64,000 nt of DNA from Octopus vulgaris (taxonomy: Eukaryota), in contig OX597814.1 in assembly GCA_951406725.2 (NCBI GenBank), positions 153,388,001-153,452,000 of the forward strand, read 5' to 3'. Position numbers and translations under genes: made by a program. A model generated the notes under the pieces. The model saw only the letters and a program-made list of their open reading frames with translations. It did not search any database and was not told the origin of the DNA. Shown here piece after piece: positions 1 to 12,968 of this stretch (position 1 is its first letter; every line of letters starts with the position of its first letter).

Positions 1-288
1 ACATACACATACATATATGTATACACACACACACACATATATATACACACACACACACACACATATATATACATACACATATATATATATATACATACAC
101 ATACATATATATACACATACACATACATATATATACATACACATACATATATATACATACACATACATATATGTATACACACACACATATATACATACAC
201 ATACATATATGTATACACACACACATATATACATACACATACATATATGTATACACACACACATATATACATACACATACATATACAC

Positions 289-319
<31 letters not shown>

Positions 320-360
320 TATATATATATGCAAATATATATAAACACACACATACACAC
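1..360. repeat. Compound (AC)/(AT) microsatellite
   Basis: Uninterrupted mix of ACAC, ATAT and ACAT units; it explains the spurious His/Thr/Tyr/Ile ORF 17..400. Confidence 0.97.
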
Positions 361-1074
361 ACTCTTTGCAAAATTAAAGTCTCAATATGAAACAAACTAA
401 TAATTAATTGTATTATTGTTTTAATTAAAATTTACTGAAAGGACTTTTTATGACTATTATTTATTTGTTCAAAAACCACATTTAGCAGAAAGCAGAATTA
501 TATAATAAGAAGGAAGGTGCAGTGAAAACAAAAGTAAACAGAGGAGGGGGAGGAGTAGCAAAATCAATACTCTAACATAGTAATATGATTATCTTTAGAA
601 GAGATTAGAGAATTTTTCAAAAAAAAAAAAAAAAATTAAAAATAAATAAATAAAAATGTAAAATGAATGAACAAAATATCTTTCTTAAAACAATTATTAA
701 TTCCACAGCCAATTAGCTTTCAGTGAAATATTGATCATGTACTAGGACTAGTTAGGCAACAAACCACAATTTGATTCTGTCTAACAAAGATAAACAATAA
801 CCAAGCGGAGAAGTTTTGAACTAAAAATTTCACTTGAGCAAGCAAATAGCTATCTTTTAGTGCTTTGTTCATTTAAGATATATATATATTGTTGCTTACA
901 CATGCAAAACACATTAGAGAAGAATGTAAGAAATTCCAATTTCCCTAAATAATCACACCATAAAAAGTATTTGGAGGGAGAGAGGGAGAGGAATTATTTT
1001 AGAAGGAATTATGAACAAGTATAAAAAAACAAAAAAAAAGAAAACCTATACCTGTCACTCACAAGTAAACATGA

Positions 1075-1385
1075 CCTAGTAATATGTACCACATTTATGT
1101 TGATTGTTTTTATGGCACCAATGAAGCTATGGAGCAGATATGGACACATGGACACCCTTGCAGTTCTCCCACCCATGACCCAGCGGAACATACAGATGGG
1201 ACAACTGGAGGGAGAGATGGTTGCATCAACACTCAGCTGGTACTCATTTCAGCTGAGTAGACGAAAACACAGTGAAATGATGTTTTTTACTCTAAACATA
1301 ACACGCTTCCTGGTCCAAGAATTGAACCCATGACGTTATGATTATGAAACCGACACCCTAACCACATAGCTACACATCTTCACAT
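1075..1385 (-). mobile_element. Old tRNA-derived SINE (family C-like), degraded
   Basis: The minus strand has a Pol III A-box-like TAGCTATGTGG and a B-box-like GGTTCAATTCTT. These are followed by 'gtctactcagctgaaatgagtacc', which resembles the core of the 2315-2640 copy. Confidence 0.6.
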
Positions 1386-1867
1386 TAGGAAGAGATAAGA
1401 AGTTAAAGCAGAAACACTTAGATTTATTACTAATCAACTTTTGTCATTTTATTTTTATTAATTTGTTTACACATTAGTACTAATACTCTATTACTGTGGT
1501 GGTACCTTCATAGGTTTTAGTTGTTGATAATGACCCCAGTACATATTTCAGCCAGATACTATCAATCTCTATAGAATTATATTACATTTATTTTTATCTA
1601 CTAGTTCTCAAAGAAGACTTTTGCAGGCTAAGACTGGTGAGATGGAAGCTTTTAATGTTCCACTCAAACTGTTGGAACCCAACACACTGTTCCACAGCAA
1701 CACACACATGACAAACTCCTGCACAGTTTCTACTCATCAAAATTGATCCACAAAGTAATGCTCAACTTGAGACTAGAGTAGAGAACATGACAAACAGCAG
1801 AATCAAACAGGGAAACACATGTAGTTTATATGTGAGAGATTTATTTTTCAGTTAAAATATAAAGAAA

Positions 1868-2238
1868 CTAGCAGTACTGCCCGGCGTTGTTAGAATTGGA
1901 ATTTTTGAAAAGTAAAAATTTTGCATTATGTAGCTTGTTATTCTCTTTAAGTGAACATTTTTCTGGTTGAAATTCACCGAAAAATGGCAACACGGCAGTC
2001 AAAAAATCGTAAAAGATAGGTATTTTCATAGAAAAAAAAGCACCTTTTTGATGTAAATAATTTTTGGTCTTAACATGGTCCGATTTGAATGTTATCTTCT
2101 ATGGAATGAAGAGCAAGCCTTCTTCTATCATACTCTCAATTTTGGTCAACTTGCACCGCAGGGTTTCGGAGGAGATAGTGTTAGTTGAAGGCTACCAAAC
2201 CTGCCACACACAGACAACTTCAGCTTTATATGTATAGA
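1868..2238 (-). mobile_element. Non-autonomous Helitron (~370 bp)
   Basis: On the minus strand it starts with TC (2238-2237) and ends with CTAG (1871-1868), inserted between A and T with no TSD. A GC-rich remnant of the subterminal hairpin (gcccggcgtt) lies just inside the 3' end. These are canonical Helitron termini. Confidence 0.7.
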
Positions 2239-2314
2239 TTACTTGCAAATGAGATGTTAACTAATTCAACTGCCCAACAACCACTAATATATAAGCATAT
2301 ATACATGGCAGAAG

Positions 2315-2640
2315 TGAAGGTGTGTAGCTTAGTGGTTGGGACATTTGGCTCATGATTGTAAGGTGGGGAGTTTGATCCCTGGTGGTACATTGTGTCCTTG
2401 AGCAAGACACTTTATTTCACATTGCTCCAGTCCACTCAGCTAGCAAAAATGAATAGTACCTGTATTTCAAAGGGCCAATGTTGTCACATTCTGTGTCACG
2501 CTGAATCTCCCTGAGAACTACCTTAAGGGTATGTTTGTTTGTGGAGCGCTCAGCCACTTGCATGTTAATTTCACAAGCAGGCTGTTCCATTGATCAGATC
2601 AACAGGAACCCATATCAGCATAACTCATGAAGTTCCAGTT
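2315..2640 (+). mobile_element. tRNA-derived SINE, family C
   Basis: A-box TAGCTTAGTGG, B-box-like AGTTTGATCC, then a conserved-core-like 'gtgtccttgagcaagacacttt...ctccagtccactcagct'. A related 3' part recurs at ~34855-35010. Confidence 0.75.
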
Positions 2641-3534
2641 TTTTTTTTTTTACATGACAGAAAGTTACAAAAGTTTACTCAAGAGCTGAGTTTTTATGTG
2701 TATTGCACTTATTTGAACTTTAATGTGCACAATGTACTAAACTCTCAGGATTTGAGTCACTTTTGTGAATTTCTGTCAATTAAAAAAGTATAAAATTTGA
2801 ACTCAAATTGTAAATAGACGTAAACCTAATACCATAAGGGAAAGTGTCTGCTGCTTTGCCAGATCTACTTATCCACCATCCTAATAATAATAGAAGGAAG
2901 AAAGACAGAGAGAGAAAGAGAAAAAAATTTCTCTTTTACCTTTTCCTGGAGCTAAGAAATGATCTAAAGATTGTAACTTATCCTTGTTTTGCTCATGAAT
3001 TAGACTAGCGAAGGAATAGTGTTGATGTCTGAAGAGCTTGTACACTTTCATAGTAGGACATAGTTAAAGAATGTTAACAGTTTTAGCTATATTTAACCAA
3101 AGGAAAATTCTTGGAGATCATACTTTATAAACAATGCATAAACAACAAAACCATCTACACCAAAACAATGAAAGCTATCTCAGCTCTCTCAATTTTCTGC
3201 CCCACATTCATTCATTACACAGTATTTTTAAAAAAGATTTTTCACTACTACTGTCCACATTTTATTCATATAATAGCTACTACAATTCTACTATGTATTA
3301 CTACCTATAAATACTGAGGTTGTATGGTGGAGCTTCAATGCAGTCAAATGAGCTGATAAAAATAGCAACCGACCTCTAGCTACACCCTATCATCATATGA
3401 AACCCCATTCATATAAGCAAACTGACGGAGGAGATGTACCAAATTTAAACTAATTGGTCCTTAGTCATACCTGTACTTAATAACTAGGAAGAGTCTACTA
3501 CCACTGCTACTATCTGAAAACTAACTACTAAATG

Positions 3535-3578
<44 letters not shown>

Positions 3579-3591
3579 CATACATACATAG

Positions 3592-3632
<41 letters not shown>

Positions 3633-3715
3633 CATATATATGTGTGTGTGTGTGTGTATATATATATGTATATATAAATATATATATGTATATAAATGTA
3701 TGTGCATATATATAT

Positions 3716-4076
3716 TCTTTTGTTTCAGTCATTTGACTGCTGCCATGCTGGAGCACAGCTTTTAGTCAAGCAAATCGACCTGAGGACTTATTCTTTGTAA
3801 GCCTAGTATTTATTCTATTGGTCTCTTTTGCTGAACTGCTAAGTTATGGGGATGTAAATGCACCAGCATCGGTTGTCAAACAATGTTGGGGGGACAAACA
3901 CAGACATACATATGATGGGCTTCTTTCAGTTTCCATCTACCAAATCCACTCACAAGGCTTTGGTCAATCTGAGGTTATAGTAGAAGACACTTGCCCAAGG
4001 TGTTATGCAATGAGACTGAACCCGGAACCATGTAGTTGACAAGTAAGCTACTTACTACACAGCCACTCCTGCGCCT
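3716..4076 (-). mobile_element. tRNA-derived SINE, family A, full length
   Basis: Reverse complement of the 12038-12488 copy, flanked on both sides by (TA)/(TG) microsatellites. Confidence 0.9.
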
Positions 4077-4085
4077 ATATATTAT

Positions 4086-4136
<51 letters not shown>

Positions 4137-6685
4137 TGTGTGCATATATATATATATATATATATACATATATAGGTGGTTGTCTATTCCTTATGCAGAG
4201 TTTGACCACCTCCTGTACCTACACCTGAACACCATCACACACACACACACACATTCACCTAATTTTGAGCTCTGTGGACCATACCAGATTGTCTTGGTGC
4301 CTCAACTTAAGTACCTAATTCAACTGAATCTTAATTATTTCTTATATATATATATATATATACATATAAAACAACAAAGAAGCTCTGATGTGGTCATTTG
4401 ACATGCTAAAAATAGCAGTTAGGCCTCTCTTAAATAACAAACATCATTATTAACAACATAAATATTGGATAATGTAGTCCTTGATTCAGTATGTTTAGGA
4501 AAAAATAAGGTGAGATGTTAACCTGTTCAATCATGTCAGATTTAATAACAACAACTGCCACTGTCATCGCCAAATAATTAGATATAAAAATTCCATAACT
4601 ATTTATATTATAAATACATCACGTACTTCTGAGCGTGCTCCCTTTCTATTTTACACTCAGTTATTTGAGCTAACATGTATCAGAGAATCCTATATAATAA
4701 GGGTTGCCCAACCTACCAGAAATAAATAAACTCAAACTATTCAAACCTTCCCTTGTATAAATTTATTGCAAATTCATTAACTAAAAACGATTTTCTTTAT
4801 AAGAATTCTGTTCTTGAAAATAGCATGATATAATCTGGTCACAATATGCAATAAAATACACTCAATAGCAAAATAAATCAGATTGAAGACAGGGACTGTT
4901 AAAGTTACAATGTCAGTTATTGTATACAGTAATTAATTTTAATGTTACAATTTATTAACATTGATTTTAAATAGTATACAGTTATAGTAGTGTGTGATTT
5001 TCTTTTTTAGTTCTTTTGCTATTTTTACTACAATTTGTGTTAGAAAATTGTGTTGTTATACTTGTAGGAGGCCTCTTATGTAATAGAAGTTTTTGTGTTT
5101 CTTTGGGGTTATTAAAAAAAAAAAGAAAAAAACAATGTGACAATAATCGCAATGCACCACTGATGTAGTCATCAATACCTGAAAAACATTGTATATAACT
5201 ATGTGTCAATGTATTTCTATTGCATTGTTTTTCATATAATATTCATTCATACAACTCACAGGTCTTCCGGTATATGTGACACTTTGAATAGCAATGAACA
5301 ACAACTTAGTATCCAAATAACTTTACAGAAAAAAAAAGCATCAGAGTTGGTGGACAGGTGTGGGGAGTGGAAATTATATTGCTAAAATAAATCATTGATG
5401 AATAAATTTGAGCTTCCTAACTTTGGTAGTTATATATTGGTATTTAACCCCAAAAGATCAAAAGGTGTTCAAGCTGAGACCATTTTGTCTTCTTTAAGGC
5501 CAACTTTGTAAAAGGTAAGTTTGCACTGTGTTTTTTAGTTGAGTATAAAGCTATTTAAAATATAATGCAACCTACACATTTCGTACCTAAATATCAATAA
5601 TATATTTTATCCTCATATTTATATTTTTACACTCAAATATAATAATGCTACCCAACAATTTTGACTCTGATATTATGTATTAAATTGTTTGCATTGTATG
5701 TGGTAGTTAATGCTGGGCAACTGAGACAATTATTATAAACAGTAAACTAATCTTACTTGGACACATTCTGACTTGAATGTTACAGTAACAAAAAAAAAAG
5801 AAAAAAACAAACAAAAAACAATGTGACTACAGTTAGCAATCACCAAGGAGGAAAATTTATGGACAGATCTACACACAGAAAGAAAATACAAAAACAAATC
5901 ACTTAGCAAACATAAGTGAGCATTTTCTCAAGAAATAAGGGAAAATAAGGTATTTTTCTTGCATTCCCATAATTTCTGAAGAAGCATCAACCAAAATAAT
6001 TTTGGAACAAAATTGCTTCACCTAGTTTCTTCAGGAAAGTAAAATGAAATACCTAAACATAATAGATAAGAATAATAAAAGACACATTTAGAGAGAAAAA
6101 TATAGAGATTGTGAGAAAAACATCAACAAAGAAATCTGTAATTCATTTGATGAAGCAAATGAAGCAACATCCAGAATATTTTCAAAACCAATCTTGAAAG
6201 TTATTTAGGAGTTTGTTTCTATAGTAAATTTATGATTTTTTTTCTACTTCTTTATAGGAGTCTATGTTAGAAATATAAACAGTAATAATTTACTTTGTTT
6301 CCAACTGTGTCTCACTACCTAGTAGCATCATATTCTTTATGCACACCTCCATGGATAGAGAAACTCTTTGCTGCCAGCAGAAGGAACAGCTATCGTTTAC
6401 AATAAACCACTCTAGCACTAGTTAGATCCCCTTGGTAACAAACTATCAGCTACATCAGGTGAGTAGCTTGAGAAGTAGTTAATAGATTTCATTTCATGGA
6501 GATTCCTAAAGTTAACTACACCTGTACATTAATATATTTGAAATCTCGATCTAGTTAGTGTGCAGCATTTGCGTCCCTGTTGTTTGAACTTTCTACATAA
6601 ACCATTTTTCAGAAAGCAACAAGATAGTGTTTAATTTAGATTTTATCATGTTGACCATAGGACACTACTGGACTCTAGGCTTTTA

Positions 6686-6977
6686 TGAGGGTGGGCTGAA
6701 AAGTTCATGGGTTGATTATAATGCTAGAGCTGTCAAAACTTGCATGCATTAATTTCAACTCTTATTAATAAATGCATTGCTTCTTTCCAGGCAAACTGAC
6801 ATCTGACTGTTCAAAGAAGACTTCAAAAGTAGTAGTGACTTCTTTTAAAAGATGGACAGAATTTGGCATCTTGGTGCTATTAAGTACCTGCAGAAAAAGG
6901 GGTGAAAAATTAACCTCATTTGGTCACATTCCATGAGAGTATCTTGATCGGATTATGATCTTTCGAGCCAACCCTTG
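6686..6977 (+). mobile_element. mariner internal-deletion derivative (MITE, 292 bp)
   Basis: TA flanks at 6684-6685 and 6978-6979. TIRs are tgagggtgggctgaaaagttcat and, reverse-complemented, caagggttggctcgaaagatcat. It retains a mariner-like N-terminus (MDRIWHLGAIKYLQKKG, ~6851) fused directly to the terminal ...EK/N* codons. Confidence 0.8.
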
Positions 6978-7440
6978 TAATTCAGGTTTGGAATTTTTGC
7001 AGTTTTTTTTAATAAATTCTGCAATGGAATCGAAATCACATTTCTAACAATATTCACTACTGAATCCTTGCATAATTCTTTTAGCAATGATTTATTTGGC
7101 TCAGTTTTATTGTGTGACATGCAATGTAAAGCATTAAGAGTGTATGTGGGAGATAGAAAAAGAAAAAAAGCCCATCATCATCACTGCCATCATTTTAATG
7201 TCTATTTCATGCTTGTATGAGTTGGACAGAAATTTTGAGACAAATTTTCTATGGCTGGATGCCCTTACCAAGCAAGGTAATAGTTCATAACAATCAAACA
7301 CAAATACTAGAAATCAATGACATTACTTGTATGACAGTGACAACTATTTTACAGCTACCATGTGATGTCAAGATATAAACATATACTCACACACACATAT
7401 ACATACATATTTATACACACACAGATTATATATATATATA

Positions 7441-8709
7441 TAGGGTCGTCCCATAAATAATGTGATTTTTTTTAATTGCATGAACTAAAAGTCGGAAGGG
7501 GACGGGATAAACTACCTGCATCAACTTACTATAAAAGCAAGTACTAATTTTACCTTGTTTTTATTCTTAGTACAAGTTTTGAAGAGTGCAGTTCAATTTT
7601 AACAGTTAATTTTTCAAAGCTGTAATGGAAGTGACAAAGGAGCATATTTGGCATATTTTGCTTTATGAGTTCAATAAAGGCAACAAGGCAATGGAAAGTG
7701 TGAGGAATATTAATGCAATATATGGGGATCGGACAATAAGCATAAGCCAGTGTTGACAGTAGTTCCAGAAATTCCGGGCTGGAATCTACAGCCCAGAAAA
7801 TGAGCTTTGTCCTGGAAGATTTGTAGAGCTCGACGAGGACATCCTGCAAACCCAGCTGGAATAAAATTCCATTGTAACTGTTGAGGAATTAGCAGAGAAC
7901 CTTCGATTTGGTCGGTCAACCATTCATTGACATCTGCATGCCATTGGAAAAGTTAGCAAATAGGATTAATTGGTTCCTCACAAACTTTCTGAGTCTAATA
8001 GCATGCAGAGAGTGAATGTTAGCTCCTCTTTGCTGCCACATCTTACGAATGAACCTTTTTTGGACTGAATAATGACTAGTGACAAGAAATGGGTTCTCTA
8101 TAAAAATGTCAAGTGCTGAAGACAGTGGATAGAGAAAGGAGAAACACCAACACTCTAAGCTAAAGAAGGTCTTCAACCACATAAGGTGCTGTTATCTGTT
8201 TGGTGGGATATGTAAGGTTTAGTCCACTTTAAACTTTTAGACCCAAACTAAATGATAAAGATCTACTGCGAGCAGCATAAGTCTGCACTAAAAGAAAAAC
8301 GACCATCTTGGGTTTCAAAACAAAAGGTATTCTTCCATCAGTATAATACTCAGCCACATACAGCGAGAATGTCATTTCAAAGGCTGGAGCAGTTTGAATG
8401 GGAAACAATGCTCCACCCACCATTTTCTCGGACATTGCCCCATCTGATTATCATTAATTCTGCAGTCTTCAAAATCATTTGGACAGAAAAAATATGAATT
8501 CTGTAGACAAGATCAGAACAGTACTGGAAGAGTAGTTTTCATCATAGACAAGTGAATTTTGGGAGAGAGGACTTGCAAGTCTACCAAATAGATGGAAGAG
8601 CATTGTAGAAAATGCAGGAGAATATATTTTAGATGAAAAAAGTACTTTATCTTAATTCTGAAAAATAAAAGAAGTATAAAAAAACTGCATTATTTATGGG
8701 AAGACTCAA
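7441..8709 (+). mobile_element. Full-length defective mariner (DD34D) transposon, 1269 bp
   Basis: ~28-bp TIRs (tagggtcgtcccataaataatgtga; reverse complement ttgagtcttcccataaataatgcag) sit within a TA tract. The transposase starts at ATG 7625 (MEVTKEHIWHILLYEFNKG) and retains WVPHKL, IMTSDKKW, FFHQYNTQPH, HPPFS-(D)IAPSDYH and RWKSIVENAGEYI, with many stops and frameshifts. Confidence 0.95.
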
Positions 8710-9375
8710 TATATATATATACACACACACACACAACTGGCTATTTTCAGTTTCATCAACCAGATCTACTCACAAAAGTTTGGCTGGCTCAGAGCTATAG
8801 TAGAAGACACTTGCCCAAGGTGTTATGCCGTGGGAATGAACCCAGGAGCATGTGGTTGGTAAGCAAATTTCTTACCATACAGTCACAGCTGCATGTGTGT
8901 GTGTGTGTGTGTGTCTCCTTGTTCTGACATGGAAATGAATGTCATTTTCAATATTCTGCAAAAGCATGATTGGTCATGGGGAAATATTACTTTGTTTGGA
9001 AACATAAGTGCTGTCAGAATAAGGGCATCTGACCATAGAAAATCTGCTCAATAACTATGGTCTGACCCATCAAACTTGGAATAGTGGACATAATGATGAT
9101 GATACAATAATAAAATATTTACGTTGGTTTTCAGATGGAATGAAATGAAGTGAAAACAGAAACATTTGAGAAAGGACATTCACATTAACCTAGTTCAATG
9201 TGTAAGGCAATTATTTAAATCTAAAAGTTAATGTGGACACAAAAAAAACATGTAATATATTTTACAATTAATAACATTTGGAAGAAAAAACAACTATGTA
9301 AATAAAGTTTAATTTGTCAGATGTGAAAGTTAAAATAAATATATGAATATTGTAAGTTGGGTATAAAACTGGTTA

Positions 9376-9377
<2 letters not shown>

Positions 9378-9419
<42 letters not shown>

Positions 9420-9436
9420 TGATGATGATGATGATT
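9378..9436. repeat. (AAT)n-(GAT)n trinucleotide microsatellite
   Basis: Directly visible tandem triplets. Confidence 0.95.
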
Positions 9437-10053
9437 ATACGTGTGTAGGAAAATGAGTATAATTTTAATACAATGAAAATATTAATTCAGCAGGAAAGTA
9501 AAAACAAAGGAAGGGAAACAAATTATAATTATTCAGACTTCAGAACTGAAACTGAAGGAACACTTCATGTTGATTGCTTATAGAGAAATAAAAATACAAC
9601 AGTGAGTTAATTTGAATAGAAGTGAACTTTCCAAATACACAATAGATACAATGGCCTTGAATCTCACACAGACAAACTAGGGGTCATTGACTTGGGAGGA
9701 AAATGACATCTCTAAATTAAATGAATGAAAACTAGACTGCAGATTCTTCCTGATTCTAGAAAAGAAATTAATTGGGTTTGAATCAGTTAATTTAGCATGG
9801 CCATTATTTTCTAAGTATCTCAGGTCATTGAATGAAAGGGTTTGTCTTATTCAATTTTTAAACAAAACAGCATTTCAGAAGAAAGACAGAAGACTCATCA
9901 GCTACAATGTACCAAAAGGTTTGGAAAGCAATAAATAAGTATTGTATGGTGTTGGAATGGAATCGGAGATTTCACTGATGCAAAGGTATTAGTAATAATA
10001 ATGAAAAAGTAGAAAACAATGCTTGAAAGACGGAATGTCAGTCTATTTATAAT

Positions 10054-10443
10054 TCTTTTATTCTTTTACTTATTTCAGTCATTTGGCTGTGGCCATGCTG
10101 GAGCACCGCCTTAAAGCATTTTACCCGAAGAAATCGATCCCAGACTTATTCGTTGTAAGTCTAGTACTTATTCTATCAGTTCCTTTCACTGAACTGCTAA
10201 GTTACAGAGATGTAAACACACCAACATCAGCTGTCAAGCAACGGTAGGGGGACAAATACAGACACACAAAAATAGACAATATATATATATATATATGCAA
10301 TGGGCTTCTTTCTACCAAATCCACTCACAAGGCTTTGGTCAGCCCGAGGCTATAGCAAAAGACACTTACCCAAGGTGCCACACAGTGGGACTGAACCTGG
10401 AACCATGTGGTTGGGAAGCAAGCTTCCTACCACACAGCCACTC
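10054..10443 (-). mobile_element. tRNA-derived SINE, family A, full length
   Basis: Reverse complement of the family A sequence, with an internal (AT) tract at ~10280-10296. Confidence 0.9.
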
Positions 10444-11448
10444 TAACAACATCATGTATACCAAGTGATGTTCTATTTTGTAACTTTATAAAATCTAAGG
10501 ATTACTTCAAAAGTCTAAATTTTGGACTATGAAAGAAAAAAAAGAAAGGGTCTGCTTAAAATAGAAACATCTGGTTTCCTAGTAACTAGATTCATAATGA
10601 ATTTTGTATAGGTTGCTGATCACCTTAGAATGTACTAATTAAACAAAAGTAACACAAAATATTAAAAGAAACTATTTCAATATGTGGCATAGCAATACTT
10701 AATGAGATACAAAGAAAATTTTAACAAAAATTTTGGCCATTTCTAAGTTGGTGTCATGGTAGCAGTCAAAACAGAATCATAAAGACAACATAATGTATTT
10801 ATCAAAGACTAGAGTTTTCAATTATTACAAATGCACTCATTAGTTAATGCTTGCTTTTACAAGATTACCAAGGTTCAAAATGAAGATTGATGAGTGATAT
10901 GGTTCTTGAAAATGACATACAATATTTTTAATAGGACGTATAAAACACCAAAATCATATTAATGGACTGTGAACTAGCAAAAACATTTCAAAGCTAAATT
11001 ACTGGCGAAGAAAATTTCCAATATTTTTTCTTATTTTTACCACCCATCAGAAAATGTTTCCTAATGAACATGGAATACACACACAGTAACATAGTGACCA
11101 TTATATCTCAAGATATAAACTGAGAAATTGCAACAATCATGTGAAACGAGTCAATTAGGGAGTCTCTTATTACCACTCATACAGCAAGAGACCACACCCT
11201 GCAATCTCAAACACAAATATGTTCAATAAAGTAGCCCTAGACAAAACAAATGATGGAATGATCATGAACATCTTTCTTCATAAGTTTGGTTAACCCAATC
11301 ATTGCCATATTTCTGTTGAAATACACTATCTTCTATTTTAATTGTTTTCGAAAACAAAAAAGTTTTTGATAACTTGTCATTGTTAACCAGATGTATGGAA
11401 CATAAATTAGCACAAACATTTGATAGATTTTAATACAGAGCCTTTTAA

Positions 11449-11667
11449 CTCTTTAGTATTTAAACTGGCCATGTCCAGCCTAAATATTGTCTGTTTTGTA
11501 TTCAAACTGGCCAGATCTGGCCTCTCACACCTATCCTATATAGTTACACTAAAAATAAAAAGTCACATCATTGAAATCTCAAAGCCATGAGATACTATAT
11601 GATTAATTCAAAATAATGTGAATAAATAAGCATAACATTTGATAGAGTAATCTGAATGCTGAAGGGG
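11449..11667. mobile_element. piggyBac-type MITE (~219 bp), nested in another TTAA-flanked element (11294-11727)
   Basis: TTAA at 11445-11448 and a degraded TTAT at the other end. TIRs are ctctttagtatt and aatgctgaagggg. Homologous along its whole length to 57509-57728. Confidence 0.8.
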
Positions 11668-12037
11668 TTATACAAGAAGTTTGTCACAGAACTAAGGGCA
11701 GTCCTGGGCAGATTGGTATCAAAATGGTTAAAGCAGACTGACCTGAGATTAAACAGCAACAGATTGAGTGGATTTATCCTACCTAACTTTGCTTACATTA
11801 CCATTCAACTCTCAGTATACAAAAACAAACAACATGAGCCAAAGCAAGAGCATATATGGAGTCTATCAATTTGCTAGATACTACAGTAGAATCACCTTCA
11901 AAACATACCCTACTGTCATACAAAATGAAATACACATTAGATGATGTAGTTAGTCCTAGATATACAATGCCTGGAAAATAGGAAAAAATAAAGAGGGGAC
12001 AGGGTGATTAGGGCTCAAATACCTTTGTTTTATCATT

Positions 12038-12202
12038 GTAGGAGTGGCTGTGTGGTAAGTAGCTTGTTTACCAAACACATGGTTCCGGGTTCAGTCCCAC
12101 TGCGTGGCACCTTGGGCAAGTGTCTTCAACTATAGCCACGGGCCGACCAAAGCCTTGTGAGTGGATTTGGTAGACGGAAACTGAAAAGAAGCCCGTCGTG
12201 TG

Positions 12203-12256
<54 letters not shown>

Positions 12257-12488
12257 TGTGAGTGTTTGTGTGTCTCTGTTTGTCCCCCTAGCATTGCTTG
12301 ACAACCGATGCTGGTGTGTTTATGTCCCTGTTACTTAGCAGTTCGGCAAAAGAGACCGATAGAATAAGTACTGGGCTTACAAAAAGAATAAGTCCCGGGG
12401 TCGAGTTGCTCGACTAAAGGCGGTGCTCCAGCATGGCCGCAGTCAAATAACTGAAACAAGTAAAAGAGTAAAAAAGAGAGTAAAGAGT
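12038..12488 (+). mobile_element. tRNA-derived SINE, family A (best-preserved copy; about 20 copies or fragments in the window)
   Basis: A-box TGGCTGTGTGG, B-box GGTTCAGTCC, central 'ccttgggcaagtgtcttc...gtgagtggatttggtagacggaaactg', an internal (TA)/(TG) microsatellite and a 3' 'ccagcatggccgcagtc...gaaacaagtaaaaga' tail. Other copies: ~15531-15960(+), 24478-24875(-), 25055-25383(-), 27890-28160(-), 33795-34116(+), 37220-37600(-), 46505-46730(+), 52695-52950(+), 55189-55460(+). Confidence 0.93.
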
Positions 12489-12589
12489 TTACTTAAAAAA
12501 GGATGACATGGCACTCAACAGCAAAAACATTAAAACAAAATTCTTTGGATAATAAATAGAATGTACACACTGGGAAAACAAAAGAAAAA

Positions 12590-12968
12590 GCAATGGACAG
12601 CTTCTAATTCACGTGTGTAAGGCAAATACTCAACATCATGTGGCTGCAAAAGGGTCTGAAATGACACAATTGAAATGACAACAGGCATCAACAGGATCAG
12701 TGATGAAATATGACATAGATGCTGGAAGTGGATCAGACACGTCCTCAGACAAGATCAAGCGAGTGATTGTATGGTAGCACTAAAGTGGAAGTCCAAGGGG
12801 AAAAGAGCAGCAGGGTGCCCTAAGACCACACGGTGAAGGACCATTGACGAGAAAAGGAGATAAGAAGGATGGAGAAGCTAGAATGAGATCAGAACAATGG
12901 CAGAAAACAGAGCTGGTTGAAGAGATCATACTGTGGCCTTATGTGCCTTATAGCATGGAGAAAACTAA
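12590..12968 (+). mobile_element. 5'-truncated RTE-clade LINE, 3' end
   Basis: Decayed translation ...CVRQILNIMW...RCWKWIRHVLRQD...VALKWKSKGKRAAGCPKTTR...AENRAG*RDHTVALC, matching the RTE ORF2 C-terminal pattern (LRWxGHVxR...GxRxxGRP). Confidence 0.85.

Noticed and set aside
17-400. His/Thr/Tyr/Ile-rich ORF, and similar ORFs at 3484-3756, 32865-33189 and 39471-40278
   Set aside because: These are translations of (AC)/(AT)/(TG) microsatellites, which lack stop codons by composition.
3818-4039. Recurrent peptide SVSIYQIHSQGFG...VEDTCPRC in many ORFs, resembling a gene family
   Set aside because: It is the antisense translation of SINE family A; the copies have random stops and frameshifts.
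5100-5190. Minus-strand acceptor tttttcAG followed by GIDDYISGALRLL
   Set aside because: Short, no donor or homology; possibly a terminal exon but unsupported.
12038-12110. tRNA-like A and B boxes
   Set aside because: These are SINE heads with no complete cloverleaf, so they were not called as tRNA genes.
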